A stretch of DNA of 62,195 bases, the filler included, from Myxococcota bacterium (GTDB lineage: Bacteria > Myxococcota_C > UBA6777): the NCBI GenBank assembly GCA_023150835.1. It is 3 parts of 3 records of this genome, joined end to end, with 100 filler letters (N's around TTAATTAATTAA, not from the genome) between each part and the next. Parts side by side here need not be neighbours in the genome. Positions count along the whole stretch, not along the records: positions 1 to 24,848 come from JAKLKB010000105.1; positions 24,949 to 49,631 come from JAKLKB010000106.1; 1 more part is not named here. The stretch is one strand, 5' to 3'. Position numbers and translations under genes: made by a program. Below the pieces are notes generated by a model. It was not told where the DNA came from, searched no databases, and saw nothing but the letters and a program-made list of their open reading frames with translations. Shown here one piece after another: positions 20,767 to 30,140 of the stretch. Each line of letters opens with the position of its first letter. The first letter of the stretch is position 1.

Positions 20767-20879
20767 TACGAAATCCGCCCGTTGCGTTATCGTAAAGGTG
20801 TAGGGGTTGTCCCCCGTGGCTGCCCAAGAATAGGGCCTCTACGCACTCTCCTACGATCACACATCGCTCAGATATCGTA
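20767..20879 (+). repeat. Dispersed repeat family A, full copy with imperfect terminal inverted repeats
   Basis: TACGAAATCC...GTAGGGGTTGTCCCCCGTGGCTGCCC...AGATATCGTA. Confidence 0.8.
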
Positions 20880-21115
20880 TGATGCGGTTGGGCTTATTCC
20901 TATCTCAGAAAAGAGTCCGCTTTGTTTTCAGAAACATCAAGCCTCTGATAGTAGAACCCCACTCCGAAAAGTTCCCCACCCCACAAAAAGACTTTTTCGC
21001 GAAGCGATACCCTCGTTTTTCCCCGTGTTTGTGTGGGGCGTTGCCACAAACCCTCTGCTCGTATAGTCTAACCGCTCGTTTGCGCTGTATTCCCCCACCC
21101 AACGGAGAGGATCGC

Positions 21116-22069
21116 ATGGAACCCACCATCCCGCCGCCCGAACCATCCAACACCAACGAATCCGCCCCCGCTCCCTCTAAGACCAACGAACCCACGCCCG
21201 ATTCGGACACTTCTCTACTCGTCCCCGAACCCGACGCTTCTCTCCTCGCCCCCGTCTCCGAAAATATCCGCCAAGATGCCGCCCCTTGGTGCTTTCGCAT
21301 CCGCGATCTGGGCAAATGCTTTGGCACACACTGGGCCGTTCGGAACCTTTCGATCACATTGCGCCACGGCGAAGTGTACGGACTTCTCGGACCCAACGGT
21401 GCAGGAAAAACCACCACCCTACGCATGATCGCTGGATTGATCGAACCCGACGAAGGCAGTCTCCAACTGTCTGGCGTTGATCGCGATGCTGCCCCCCTCG
21501 AAGCGCGAAAAAAGATCGGCTTTGTCACAGGCAGCACAGGACTTTACCAACGCCTTACACCCATCGAGCTTTTGCACTTCTTCGCCAAGCTCCACGAGAT
21601 CCCCAAACACGATGCCCAACGCCGCATCGACGAACTGGTCGAAGCTCTCGCCTTACACAGTTTCGCCAAACAACAAGCAGCCACCCTCTCCACCGGCCAG
21701 AAACAACGCGTCAATCTCGCACGCGCTTTGTTGCATCAACCCACCCTGTTGATCCTCGATGAACCCACCGCAGGACTCGATATCATCAGCGCTGACTTTA
21801 TCCTTCAAACCATCCAAAAAGCCCGAAAAGACGGACGCAGCGTGATCCTTAGCACGCACATCCTGACCGAAACCGAGTTGCTCTGTGATCGCATCGGTGT
21901 CCTCTTTGGCGGAAAGCTCGCCCAAGAAGGCTCTCTTGCGCAGCTCTTCCAATCCACCCAAACCCACAGTCTCGCCCAAGCCTTCCTCAAGATCATCCAA
22001 CAAGCCGACCCGCTCGCTGCCCCCCACGCTTCCGCACAGTTGAACCACGCCACGGAGAACGCATCATGA
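21116..22069 (+). CDS. ABC exporter ATP-binding subunit (NatA-like)
   Basis: GPNGAGKTT, LSTGQKQRV, ILDEPT, STH; GGAGAGG RBS before ATG 21116. Confidence 0.9.
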   Translation: MEPTIPPPEPSNTNESAPAPSKTNEPTPDSDTSLLVPEPDASLLAPVSENIRQDAAPWCFRIRDLGKCFGTHWAVRNLSITLRHGEVYGLLGPNGAGKTTTLRMIAGLIEPDEGSLQLSGVDRDAAPLEARKKIGFVTGSTGLYQRLTPIELLHFFAKLHEIPKHDAQRRIDELVEALALHSFAKQQAATLSTGQKQRVNLARALLHQPTLLILDEPTAGLDIISADFILQTIQKARKDGRSVILSTHILTETELLCDRIGVLFGGKLAQEGSLAQLFQSTQTHSLAQAFLKIIQQADPLAAPHASAQLNHATENAS

Positions 22070-24309
22070 GATGGCCGATTGTACACACCCTTTGGAAAAA
22101 AGAGATGCTTGAGATGCTGCGTGATCGACGCACCATCCTGATCATGGTTCTCTTGCCGCTCGTCCTTTACCCTGTCATCGGCATCATCACCAGCCAAGCA
22201 CAATCCGCTCACGTCCAAAAGCTCCAAGCCTCCCGACTGCGCGTCGGACTGGTGGGCGCTGCGCTTCCTGCTCCCCTCATGCAAAAACTCTTGCGAAACA
22301 ACGAACTCGAACATATCCCCCCCTACGCTCCTTGGAAAGAACGCCTCGCCCAAAAACAACTTCACGCCATCCTCGACACCAGCTATCCCTCCATCCCCTC
22401 GACACAACCCGTCTCAACGCCATCAACCGCCCAACCAAAGCATCCACGCCCCCCCACAAACATCGCCCCTCCTTCGGCCTCTCTGCCCAAACATCCCGAA
22501 ACCGCCCCTCCTGCGGCTTCTCTACCCGCCTCCACAAAAGCCGCTCTCCTGCTCTCGCCAAGGAGTCCCTCCACATCCTTGCCGTCGATGCGTCTTACCG
22601 CGCCTCCGCCCTACACCATCCGCGTGATCTACCTGTCCACATGGGATGCTTCTCGCACTGCGTCTCGGCGCATCGAAGATATCCTCCGCGAGTTTCACCG
22701 CGAAGCCCTTCAAAAGCGCCTCCAAGACTTCCGCATCGCACCTGCTTTTGTGCAAGTCTTTACCGTCAAAACCCAAGACACCGCCAGTGCTCAAGCCCGT
22801 GGCCGCGACTTGCTTGGCACCATGCTTCCTTTGCTGCTAATCATCATGACCATCGTTGGGGCGCTTTACCCTGCGGTCGATCTCACCGCTGGAGAAAAAG
22901 AACGCGGCACTCTCGAAACGCTCTTAACTGCCCCCATCACCTCGATTGAGATCGTCACAGGAAAATACCTCACGATCTTCTGTATCTCCCTCGCAACGGG
23001 CCTGCTCAATATGTTTTCGCTTTGGCTCACCTTTAGCCAAGGGCTGCGGATGCTTGCAAGCAACCGTAAACTCGCGATCGATATGACACTCAACTTCCAA
23101 CATTATCTCGCATTGATCGGCTTCTTGGCGCTGATCGCTGCGCTTTCTTCGGCGGTCATGCTCTCCATGGCCAGTTTCGCTCGATCCTTCAAAGAAGGCC
23201 AAAACTACACCACGCCTGCCTATCTGCTTTGCTTTATGCCTGCCTTCCTTGCCACCTTGCCCGGGGCCAAACCTTCGCTCACCAGCGCCATGATCCCTTT
23301 TGTCAACGTCGCCTACGCCATCAAAGGCACCATCAAAGGCGATCTCAGCTTGGATTATGCCCTACTCACCGTCTTTTCCATGCTCGTTGTCACCGTCGCT
23401 TTTTTGCGCCTTTCTGCGATGATCTTTCAAAACGAGCAAGTCCTCTTTCGCGAAGGCGATATCTCTTGGCGTGGCCTGTTTTCGCAAAACACTGCTCACC
23501 CCCAACCCCTCCCAAACATCAGCGACACCTTTTTCTTGCTCAGTCTCCAGTTCGCATTGTTCTTTTACGTCGGCCTCAGCCTCCAACAGAAAAACATCGC
23601 CCTTGGTACAGCGATCACGCTGTGGGGCATCTTTTTGTTGCCTGCTGTTCTTTGGGCGCGCACGCGGCACCTCGATATCAAAGCCACCTTTCGCCTACAA
23701 CCGTTGCCTCTTCGGCAGATCCCGCCGATCCTCTTGATCGTCTTGGGCGGCCTGCCGCTGGTTTTGATCATCACCTATTACACCTCGATGTGGCTCTTCC
23801 CCGATTGGCTCGAATTTGCCCGCAAGATGAACGAATCCCTCTCCCTCAAAAGCTTCGGCATCAGCACACCCGTCTTTTTCTTGATCTTGGCTCTCTCCCC
23901 CGGGATCTGTGAAGAGGCCGTATTTCGGGGCTTTGCGCTCTCTTCTTTCCACAAACGCCTCTCGCCTCAAACCGCCATCGCCCTTTCTGCCTTTCTTTTC
24001 GCAGCCTTTCACCTCAGCTTGTATCGGCTTTTGCCGACCTTTCTGCTCGGCCTTGTCTTTGGCTGGCTTTGTTGGCGCACGGGTTCGCTGTACGCTTCCG
24101 TCCTCGCACACACGCTCCACAACGCTCTCAGCCTTGCCATCGGCCTTTTCTTCGCGAAAACCGCCATCGCTCGCTCCCTCGATCAACAACCCGCTGTTTG
24201 GTGGCTCCCTCTCGGCCTGATCCTCTTTGTCACGGGCATCGTCTGGCTCCATCGCATCGCTCCCCCGCCACGATCCGCAAAAACGCCCCTTTCCGATCCA
24301 CGTACCTGA
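22066..24309 (+). CDS. ABC-2 permease (NatB-like) fused to a CPBP/Abi intramembrane metalloprotease
   Basis: KEMLEMLRDRRT and DLTAGEKERGTLETLL; C-terminal EEAVFRG, FAAFH and HTLHN motifs; ATGA overlap with the ATPase gene. Confidence 0.88.
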   Translation: MRWPIVHTLWKKEMLEMLRDRRTILIMVLLPLVLYPVIGIITSQAQSAHVQKLQASRLRVGLVGAALPAPLMQKLLRNNELEHIPPYAPWKERLAQKQLHAILDTSYPSIPSTQPVSTPSTAQPKHPRPPTNIAPPSASLPKHPETAPPAASLPASTKAALLLSPRSPSTSLPSMRLTAPPPYTIRVIYLSTWDASRTASRRIEDILREFHREALQKRLQDFRIAPAFVQVFTVKTQDTASAQARGRDLLGTMLPLLLIIMTIVGALYPAVDLTAGEKERGTLETLLTAPITSIEIVTGKYLTIFCISLATGLLNMFSLWLTFSQGLRMLASNRKLAIDMTLNFQHYLALIGFLALIAALSSAVMLSMASFARSFKEGQNYTTPAYLLCFMPAFLATLPGAKPSLTSAMIPFVNVAYAIKGTIKGDLSLDYALLTVFSMLVVTVAFLRLSAMIFQNEQVLFREGDISWRGLFSQNTAHPQPLPNISDTFFLLSLQFALFFYVGLSLQQKNIALGTAITLWGIFLLPAVLWARTRHLDIKATFRLQPLPLRQIPPILLIVLGGLPLVLIITYYTSMWLFPDWLEFARKMNESLSLKSFGISTPVFFLILALSPGICEEAVFRGFALSSFHKRLSPQTAIALSAFLFAAFHLSLYRLLPTFLLGLVFGWLCWRTGSLYASVLAHTLHNALSLAIGLFFAKTAIARSLDQQPAVWWLPLGLILFVTGIVWLHRIAPPPRSAKTPLSDPRT

Positions 24310-24569
24310 TACGAAATCCGCCCGTTGTGTGATCGTAAAAACGTAGGGGCAGCCCCCCGTGGCTGCCCAAGAATCGTATGGGGTGGAACCCCATCATACG
24401 AAATCCGCCCGTCGTGTGATCGTAAAAATGTAGGGGCAGCCCCCTGTGGCTGCCCAAGAATCGTATGGGGTGGAACCCCATCATACGAGATCCGCCCGTT
24501 GTGTGATCGTAAAAATGTAGGGGCAGACAGGTGTGGCTGCCCAAGAATTGTATGGGGTGGAACCCCATC
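24309..24569 (+). repeat. Three tandem 87-bp units derived from repeat family A
   Basis: Units start at 24309, 24396 and 24483; each carries a GTAGGGGCAG...GGCTGCCC hairpin and an ATGGGGTGGAACCCCAT hairpin. Confidence 0.92.
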
Positions 24570-24669
24570 AGAGGGCGTCTGGAAACTCGCTACATGACAG
24601 TTGAAGAAAACAACGAAAACTCGAGGGGTTCGTTCAAAACAGATAGCGATGAAGAGGTCAGCGACGCAA

Positions 24670-24759
24670 CAGAGCGAGGGCAGGCACGGGGGCCTGCCCC
24701 TACAAAACACCGTGTGATTTCCGACACGTAGGGGCAACCATGCGCGGTTGCCCTCGCTG
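24670..24759. repeat. Inverted pair of GTAG-type REP hairpins (REPIN-like doublet)
   Basis: AGGGCAGGCACGGGGGCCTGCCCCTAC facing GTAGGGGCAACCATGCGCGGTTGCCCT. Confidence 0.7.
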
Positions 24760-24848
24760 AGAAGTGTTGCCTCTTGGGGTGAGGGGAATCACAAGACGTC
24801 CATTCCTTCGATGTTTCTGTGTACACATCCAAAAGATCTCACTGTTTT

Positions 24849-24948
24849 NNNNNNNNNNNNNNNNNNNNNNNNNNNNNNNNNNNNNNNNNNNNTTAATTAA
24901 TTAANNNNNNNNNNNNNNNNNNNNNNNNNNNNNNNNNNNNNNNNNNNN
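24849..24948. other. Artificial contig linker / assembly gap
   Basis: N run with central TTAATTAATTAA (stops in all six frames), 100 bp. Confidence 0.97.
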
Positions 24949-25069
24949 TTCTCTTCTGCCCCTTCCGTGTTTTCCGTGTTTTCCGTGGACTCTTCGGCCC
25001 CCCTCTTCTCTTCTGCCCCCTCTTCTCTTCTGCCCCTTCCGTGTTTTCCGTGTTTTCCGTGGACTCTTC
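24949..25069. repeat. Low-complexity duplicated repeat (TCTTCTCTTCTGCCCC and TTCCGTGTT units)
   Basis: TTCTCTTCTGCCCCTTCCGTGTTTTCCGTGTTTTCCGTGGACTCTTC occurs twice at the contig edge. Confidence 0.8.
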
Positions 25070-25091
25070 TTCGACACCAGCCAGCCAGTCG

Positions 25092-28000
25092 CTACCACTT
25101 GGGGAGTTGGATGGCTTTTTTGGCTTGTTCTTCCAGTTCTTTTTTCTTTTTTTCTACTTGTTGTTGAGCGCGACGGGCGGCGTCACGGGCGGCTTGTTCG
25201 CCTCTTCTTCTAGCGTCATCGGCGGCCTTCATTGCTTGTTTTTTCGCTGCGTCGGCCCTTTGAAGAGCTTGACGTTTCGCGTCTTCTGCGGCTTGCATCG
25301 CCTTTTTCTTTGCGTCATCCAATGCCTTCATCGCTTGTTTTTTGGCTTTATCGATCTGTTCGGACACCATCTTTTTAGCCTGTTTTCCGAGGTCTTCGCT
25401 GCCTCCAGAGTCACCGCTGCTGGTGGTGCCACCTTTGAATCCGACGAACTTGTAGGCCATTTTGCTTGCAAGGCCAAAAGCCCCGACAATCGGCGCGATT
25501 TGGCCTTTTTTGTCGCTGGGGATCAGTTGCAGTTTGCCTGTGAGTTTGTCCACATGACCCGCAAAAGCCCCACCTGCGAGCTTTTTGGCAAAACCTCCGG
25601 CTGCTTTTTGAAGGCGTTTTTGCTGTTGGAGGATCTTTTGCGAAAGCGCCCGATTTAAGACGATATCCATCTTCATGCTGACGTTGCTATCGAGGCTGAT
25701 CGTTCCGTAGCCTGCGAGCGTAAACTGACGGGTGGGGATGCCGAGATCAGTGACGTGGATCTTTCCGTCTTTGACTTCCATCTTCATCTCCGTCACCTTG
25801 TTCATGGTCAGATCCGAGAGCTTGGGCAAAAACTTGCGAACAATGGGCGGGATGGTGGTGGTCATCTCTTCGAGAATGCTGGCGTTTTTGATCTTGCCTT
25901 TGTAGAGCTTGGCAACGATCGTTCCCGACAGATTTTTTTTCAGTTGATTGGAGGTGATGCCACGGCTCGAAAGGCGGGTGGTGAGGTCGAGTTTTCCGTA
26001 AACTTTGTTGTCCATGCTTTTGAGGCGAGAGAAGAAGCCGCCGTCATTTTGGGGGATATCATTAAAGTTCGAGATGAAGTCGTTGGCTTCGACTTTTACG
26101 CAATCAAAGCGGTTGGTCATGCGGATCTGTTTGGGGTTTGAGATATCGAGATCCATATCCTCGACCATTCGGCCACTAAACAGGCCTGCTTTGAGAACGA
26201 ACTTCACTTTTCCTTGTTTGTAGGAAAGATCGATCATGCCATTTTCGATCGGGAGGGTTTTGTAGAGCAGCTTGGTGACGCGGATTTTTCCGTCGAAAGT
26301 GACGTTGGGGAGTTTGGGGATGCTGATCGGTTCATCGCCTGTGCTGCTCGAAGAAGCCGATGCTGTGGAGGCTTTGGCTTTTTTGGCGGGAGGGCCGGGT
26401 TCGCTGGTTCCTTTGGATTGTCCGAGCATCTCGTTGAGATCGAGCAACGGTGCGTTCATGCTGTACGTGACCCGTGTCGTTTTTTCGCGCACTTTTTTGG
26501 GCAGCGCAAGGCTTAGATAATCGCGGATCTTCATATCCATCGTGAACGAAGATCGACCGATCGTCGAGGTAAGTTCTTCGAGGCTGATCTCTTGGTTGCT
26601 GAACTTGAACGTGCCGTTGACTTGGACGGGTTTTTTGACGGCGGGGGTGGCCGCGACAACTTGGGCGAAAACCACTTGCCCTTTGACGTCGATGGCTTCG
26701 GGGTTTTTGGGATCGATCTTTCCTTTGGCCGTCACATCGGCCTTGATCGAGCCTCCGACGGAGACGCCCTCGGGAAGTTTGACTGCTGACTTGAGACTGC
26801 CGAGATCCACGTCTGCTTTGATCGCCACATCCACCACAGGTTGTTTGAAGTGGTTGATCTTTGCAAGCAAGGAGACGGGGTTCGTTCCGAGCAGGAAAGC
26901 CAACTTTTTCACATTGAGAGAGTCTTCGGTAAAGTGGATATCCATATTCAATTGTTCGATGGCTTTGGGCAGATCAGCGTACTGGAAACGACCTCCTGTA
27001 AGCTGAAATGAGCCTTTGATCGTGGGAAGCTGGGACGGCTTTTTCGCATCCAGCTTGCCTTTGATGGCCACGCCGAGTTGGGCCTCGCCTTTGACGCTCA
27101 TCTTTCGAGCTTGGGGGAACATTGCGGGGGGGACTTCTTTGAACAGATCTTGGAGCCGGATCTTGTTGGTCTTGATCGCGATATCCACGTGTGGAACTTT
27201 TTTGTTAAAGCCGTTCACAACGCCTGTTGTGGTTAAGGCGGTCTTTTGGAACCCCACCGTAAACTGGTTGATCCGAAGATTTCCAGCCTTTAACGCAACA
27301 TTCACATCGTGCTTCATCGAAAAATACAGGCCCGACTTACGCACAGGCAAGCCACGACCGCGCAACGCGATCCGCTTGATCTCGAACAGACCTTTGCTCA
27401 GCACGTTGGTCATCGTTGTATCAAAAGACGCGGAGAGTGTTTGGTTGATCCCTTCAAGGATCACTTCTTGTTGGGTTTTGCGGTTGTAATAGACGATGGT
27501 TGAGTCCTTGATCTCGAACGCATCGAGGCGCAGGCTGATCGGCTGTGAAGGCGCGTCCTCTTTTTTCGTAGCCTCTGCTTTGGGTTTTTTCTTCTCTTCT
27601 TCCTTGCGCTTCTCTTCGTCTTCTTTGCTCGGAGACACCAACAAGTCATCGAAGTTAAACGAACCACGAGTATCGACTTCGACAAGAACCTGTAGACGCT
27701 CCAAAGAGATTTTTTGAATCTCGACTTTGCGACTGAGCAACGGGATGACTTTGACCGCGATCACCAACTTTTCAAGACCAAACAACGCTTCTTTGTTGCG
27801 AAATCCCGAACGCTCGATGCGCAAGACATCGCCTTTTTTTAGCGAGATATCCTCCGATTGGAGGTCTTCGATCGCCTTGCCGTTTTGAACCACCGATACA
27901 CGGTCTTTTTTCAAACCTTGGCTTTCAAGTAGCTTCCAAAGTGTCGTTGATTCGGACACTTTGGTCACCCGCGAAGTGTTGCTGATCTGGAGTCCTTCGA

Positions 28001-28205
28001 GTCGTATCCCAAAGATCGGATACACCGTCAGGCCCGCTCCTTTGATCTGCACTTCGCGCCGCAGGGCTTTGCTGACTTGTTCCTCTGCAAGCGCACGGAT
28101 CCGCTCTGGCGGAAACATTACACGCACCGCGATCACCAACCCGATCACCGCCAACACGAAAATTACAAATAAAATCAGCCCAATGCGTAACAGCTTTTTG
28201 AACAT
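25092..28205 (-). CDS. AsmA-family protein with an inserted ThiS/MoaD-like domain and a C-terminal coiled-coil tail
   Basis: N-terminal TM helix then AsmA-type start (EEQVSKALRREVQI, GIRLEGLQISN, GSFNFDDL); long amphipathic beta-strand pattern; K/A/Q-rich C-terminus. Confidence 0.8.
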   Translation of the reverse strand: MFKKLLRIGLILFVIFVLAVIGLVIAVRVMFPPERIRALAEEQVSKALRREVQIKGAGLTVYPIFGIRLEGLQISNTSRVTKVSESTTLWKLLESQGLKKDRVSVVQNGKAIEDLQSEDISLKKGDVLRIERSGFRNKEALFGLEKLVIAVKVIPLLSRKVEIQKISLERLQVLVEVDTRGSFNFDDLLVSPSKEDEEKRKEEEKKKPKAEATKKEDAPSQPISLRLDAFEIKDSTIVYYNRKTQQEVILEGINQTLSASFDTTMTNVLSKGLFEIKRIALRGRGLPVRKSGLYFSMKHDVNVALKAGNLRINQFTVGFQKTALTTTGVVNGFNKKVPHVDIAIKTNKIRLQDLFKEVPPAMFPQARKMSVKGEAQLGVAIKGKLDAKKPSQLPTIKGSFQLTGGRFQYADLPKAIEQLNMDIHFTEDSLNVKKLAFLLGTNPVSLLAKINHFKQPVVDVAIKADVDLGSLKSAVKLPEGVSVGGSIKADVTAKGKIDPKNPEAIDVKGQVVFAQVVAATPAVKKPVQVNGTFKFSNQEISLEELTSTIGRSSFTMDMKIRDYLSLALPKKVREKTTRVTYSMNAPLLDLNEMLGQSKGTSEPGPPAKKAKASTASASSSSTGDEPISIPKLPNVTFDGKIRVTKLLYKTLPIENGMIDLSYKQGKVKFVLKAGLFSGRMVEDMDLDISNPKQIRMTNRFDCVKVEANDFISNFNDIPQNDGGFFSRLKSMDNKVYGKLDLTTRLSSRGITSNQLKKNLSGTIVAKLYKGKIKNASILEEMTTTIPPIVRKFLPKLSDLTMNKVTEMKMEVKDGKIHVTDLGIPTRQFTLAGYGTISLDSNVSMKMDIVLNRALSQKILQQQKRLQKAAGGFAKKLAGGAFAGHVDKLTGKLQLIPSDKKGQIAPIVGAFGLASKMAYKFVGFKGGTTSSGDSGGSEDLGKQAKKMVSEQIDKAKKQAMKALDDAKKKAMQAAEDAKRQALQRADAAKKQAMKAADDARRRGEQAARDAARRAQQQVEKKKKELEEQAKKAIQLPKW

Positions 28206-28577
28206 AAGTCTCTGATTCCTTTCTCTTTATGGGTTCTCGTCCCCGAGGTTGTGTGCGATAGACTACCACCATCACCCAACACAAGCCAACCCCCATCCCC
28301 TTGCTTCCCTGCCTGCCTCCAAATACGCTCGCCCCAATAGAAAATCTATCTGACAAGCCAATCTCCATCGTCTCCCTCCAAATTTCCACAAGAAACTTAT
28401 CCTGTTCTTTTTTTTCAAATAGACAATCTATCCGCTTGTTTGCTATCGTTTTTTGACAAAATCGACGCCGTTGACAAAAAAAGCAATTCTATTTTGAGTC
28501 AAACGCCATTCTCCCAAGACATTCAACACCAAAACACCTCGATGCCCAACGAAGACCCAACCAACGGAGAACACATC

Positions 28578-29921
28578 ATGCCGCGCTCTTTCTTTCTTAG
28601 CCTCTTTGCTTTTGCTGGGATGGCCCTTCTTTTTGCGTGCCAACCTCCCCCCGCGCCCACCGTCACCGAGACGATCTACGTCAAAGGATTTTGGGACACC
28701 ACGGGACCCACGACAGCGATCCAACCCTACCGCGAAGCCATCAACGACTCCATCCTCGAATCCAACAAAGAACAACTCCTGAAAAAAGGAAACACCCTCT
28801 ACAAGATCGAGATCGATTGGCAAGACTACGCCTACGACAAAAACAAAGCCATCACGATCTACGACGGCTGGCGCAAAGAACCCAACTGGTCAAAGATCGT
28901 CACCGTTTTTGGATGGGGCACCAACGACGCCTACTTCCTCAGCGGAAAGGCCAAAGAAGATCAAAAAGTCTATATATCCGCTTCGTATTTAGGTAGTCTT
29001 GCAACGCCGATCGATGTCCAAAAAAGCGTCGTCCTTCCTGACGGAACACCTGTCGAGATCAAAACCACAGGTTCTCCCTACAACTTCTACGCGGGTACGG
29101 ACTATTCCACCGCCATTCGGATCGCCATGAAGTTCGTCAAAGACAGCGGCGGTCAAAAGCTACTTTTCGCGGGCTGCACCAACACGTACTGCACCGATCC
29201 CCTGATCCCAGCACGCCTCTATGCAAAAGAGATCGGGCTTGAGATCGCAGGAACGATGATCGTTGAGATGACCGAAACACAAGAACAGATCGATGCAAAA
29301 GTCAAAGAATTCTTCTCCAAAAATACATTTACGGAACAAGACAAGATCTGGATCTGGTTAGGAAACACGCTCAAAACGGCGATGTTCACAGCCCGCTCCG
29401 TTCTCAAGCACGCCCCCAACAACGCGAACATGATCGCCAACAATTGGGCCTTCGACGAAACCGCCCCCGGACAATGCAAAGATCCAAACCAGCCCAACGA
29501 ACAACCCTGTGCCAACAGGCTCTTTGGCGTGATGCCTTTCGCTCTCTACGGCGATCTCAATTATCCTGAGATGAAAAACGTCGTCATCCTCCAAAAGAAA
29601 TGGAGAGAAAATAACAAAGAATCCACCGACAAATTCGCCGATACAAAGTACGTCCAAGGCTACGCTGCTTTTCTGCTTTGGAAAAAAGCCGTCGAACAAC
29701 TCCTCAAAGAAAACAAAGAGATCACAGGCCCCAACATCAAAGCCGCGCTTGAAACCTTCAGCAAAGTGTCCACAGGCGGCCTCACCTCTCCCATCACCTT
29801 TACTCCCAACGATCATCGCCCAACATCGGGAGCTTTCATCTACAAAGTCGATGCACAAGGCAAACTATCCTTCCTCCAAGAAGTCTCCATCGAATTGAAA
29901 GAAGATTGGCGAGGCTGGTGA
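28578..29921 (+). CDS. Periplasmic binding protein type 1 lipoprotein (branched-chain amino acid SBP-like)
   Basis: Lipobox LLFAC; DTTGPT, DYAYD, GWGT, YVQGY and TGGLTSPITFTPNDHR patterns; GGAG RBS. Confidence 0.75.
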   Translation: MPRSFFLSLFAFAGMALLFACQPPPAPTVTETIYVKGFWDTTGPTTAIQPYREAINDSILESNKEQLLKKGNTLYKIEIDWQDYAYDKNKAITIYDGWRKEPNWSKIVTVFGWGTNDAYFLSGKAKEDQKVYISASYLGSLATPIDVQKSVVLPDGTPVEIKTTGSPYNFYAGTDYSTAIRIAMKFVKDSGGQKLLFAGCTNTYCTDPLIPARLYAKEIGLEIAGTMIVEMTETQEQIDAKVKEFFSKNTFTEQDKIWIWLGNTLKTAMFTARSVLKHAPNNANMIANNWAFDETAPGQCKDPNQPNEQPCANRLFGVMPFALYGDLNYPEMKNVVILQKKWRENNKESTDKFADTKYVQGYAAFLLWKKAVEQLLKENKEITGPNIKAALETFSKVSTGGLTSPITFTPNDHRPTSGAFIYKVDAQGKLSFLQEVSIELKEDWRGW

Positions 29922-30140
29922 GCCACCCAAGACAAATATGTTCCAACGCGCCAGACCTGCGCGATCTTGGAGAAGATTCCGAGCGGGTGAGGCACCCAAG
30001 GCGAATGTATTAGAAAACAACCCCAGACTTTGCTTGCCAATCGGTCGGCCTGCGTTAGATTGCGTGCGTTTTCTATTGGATGGCAGAGCGTCACACAAGC
30101 GCACCTTTGCCATAAACCACACACAAAAGGAGCGCATCGC

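Noticed and set aside
24309-24569. Possible CRISPR array
   Set aside because: Whole 87-bp units are repeated with no unique spacers, and there are no cas genes; it is a tandem REP-type array
29922-30140. CIRCE/HrcA operator upstream of htpG
   Set aside because: No TTAGCACTC-N9-GAGTGCTAA match; only a weak TGGCAGAG/CTTTGCCA inverted repeat
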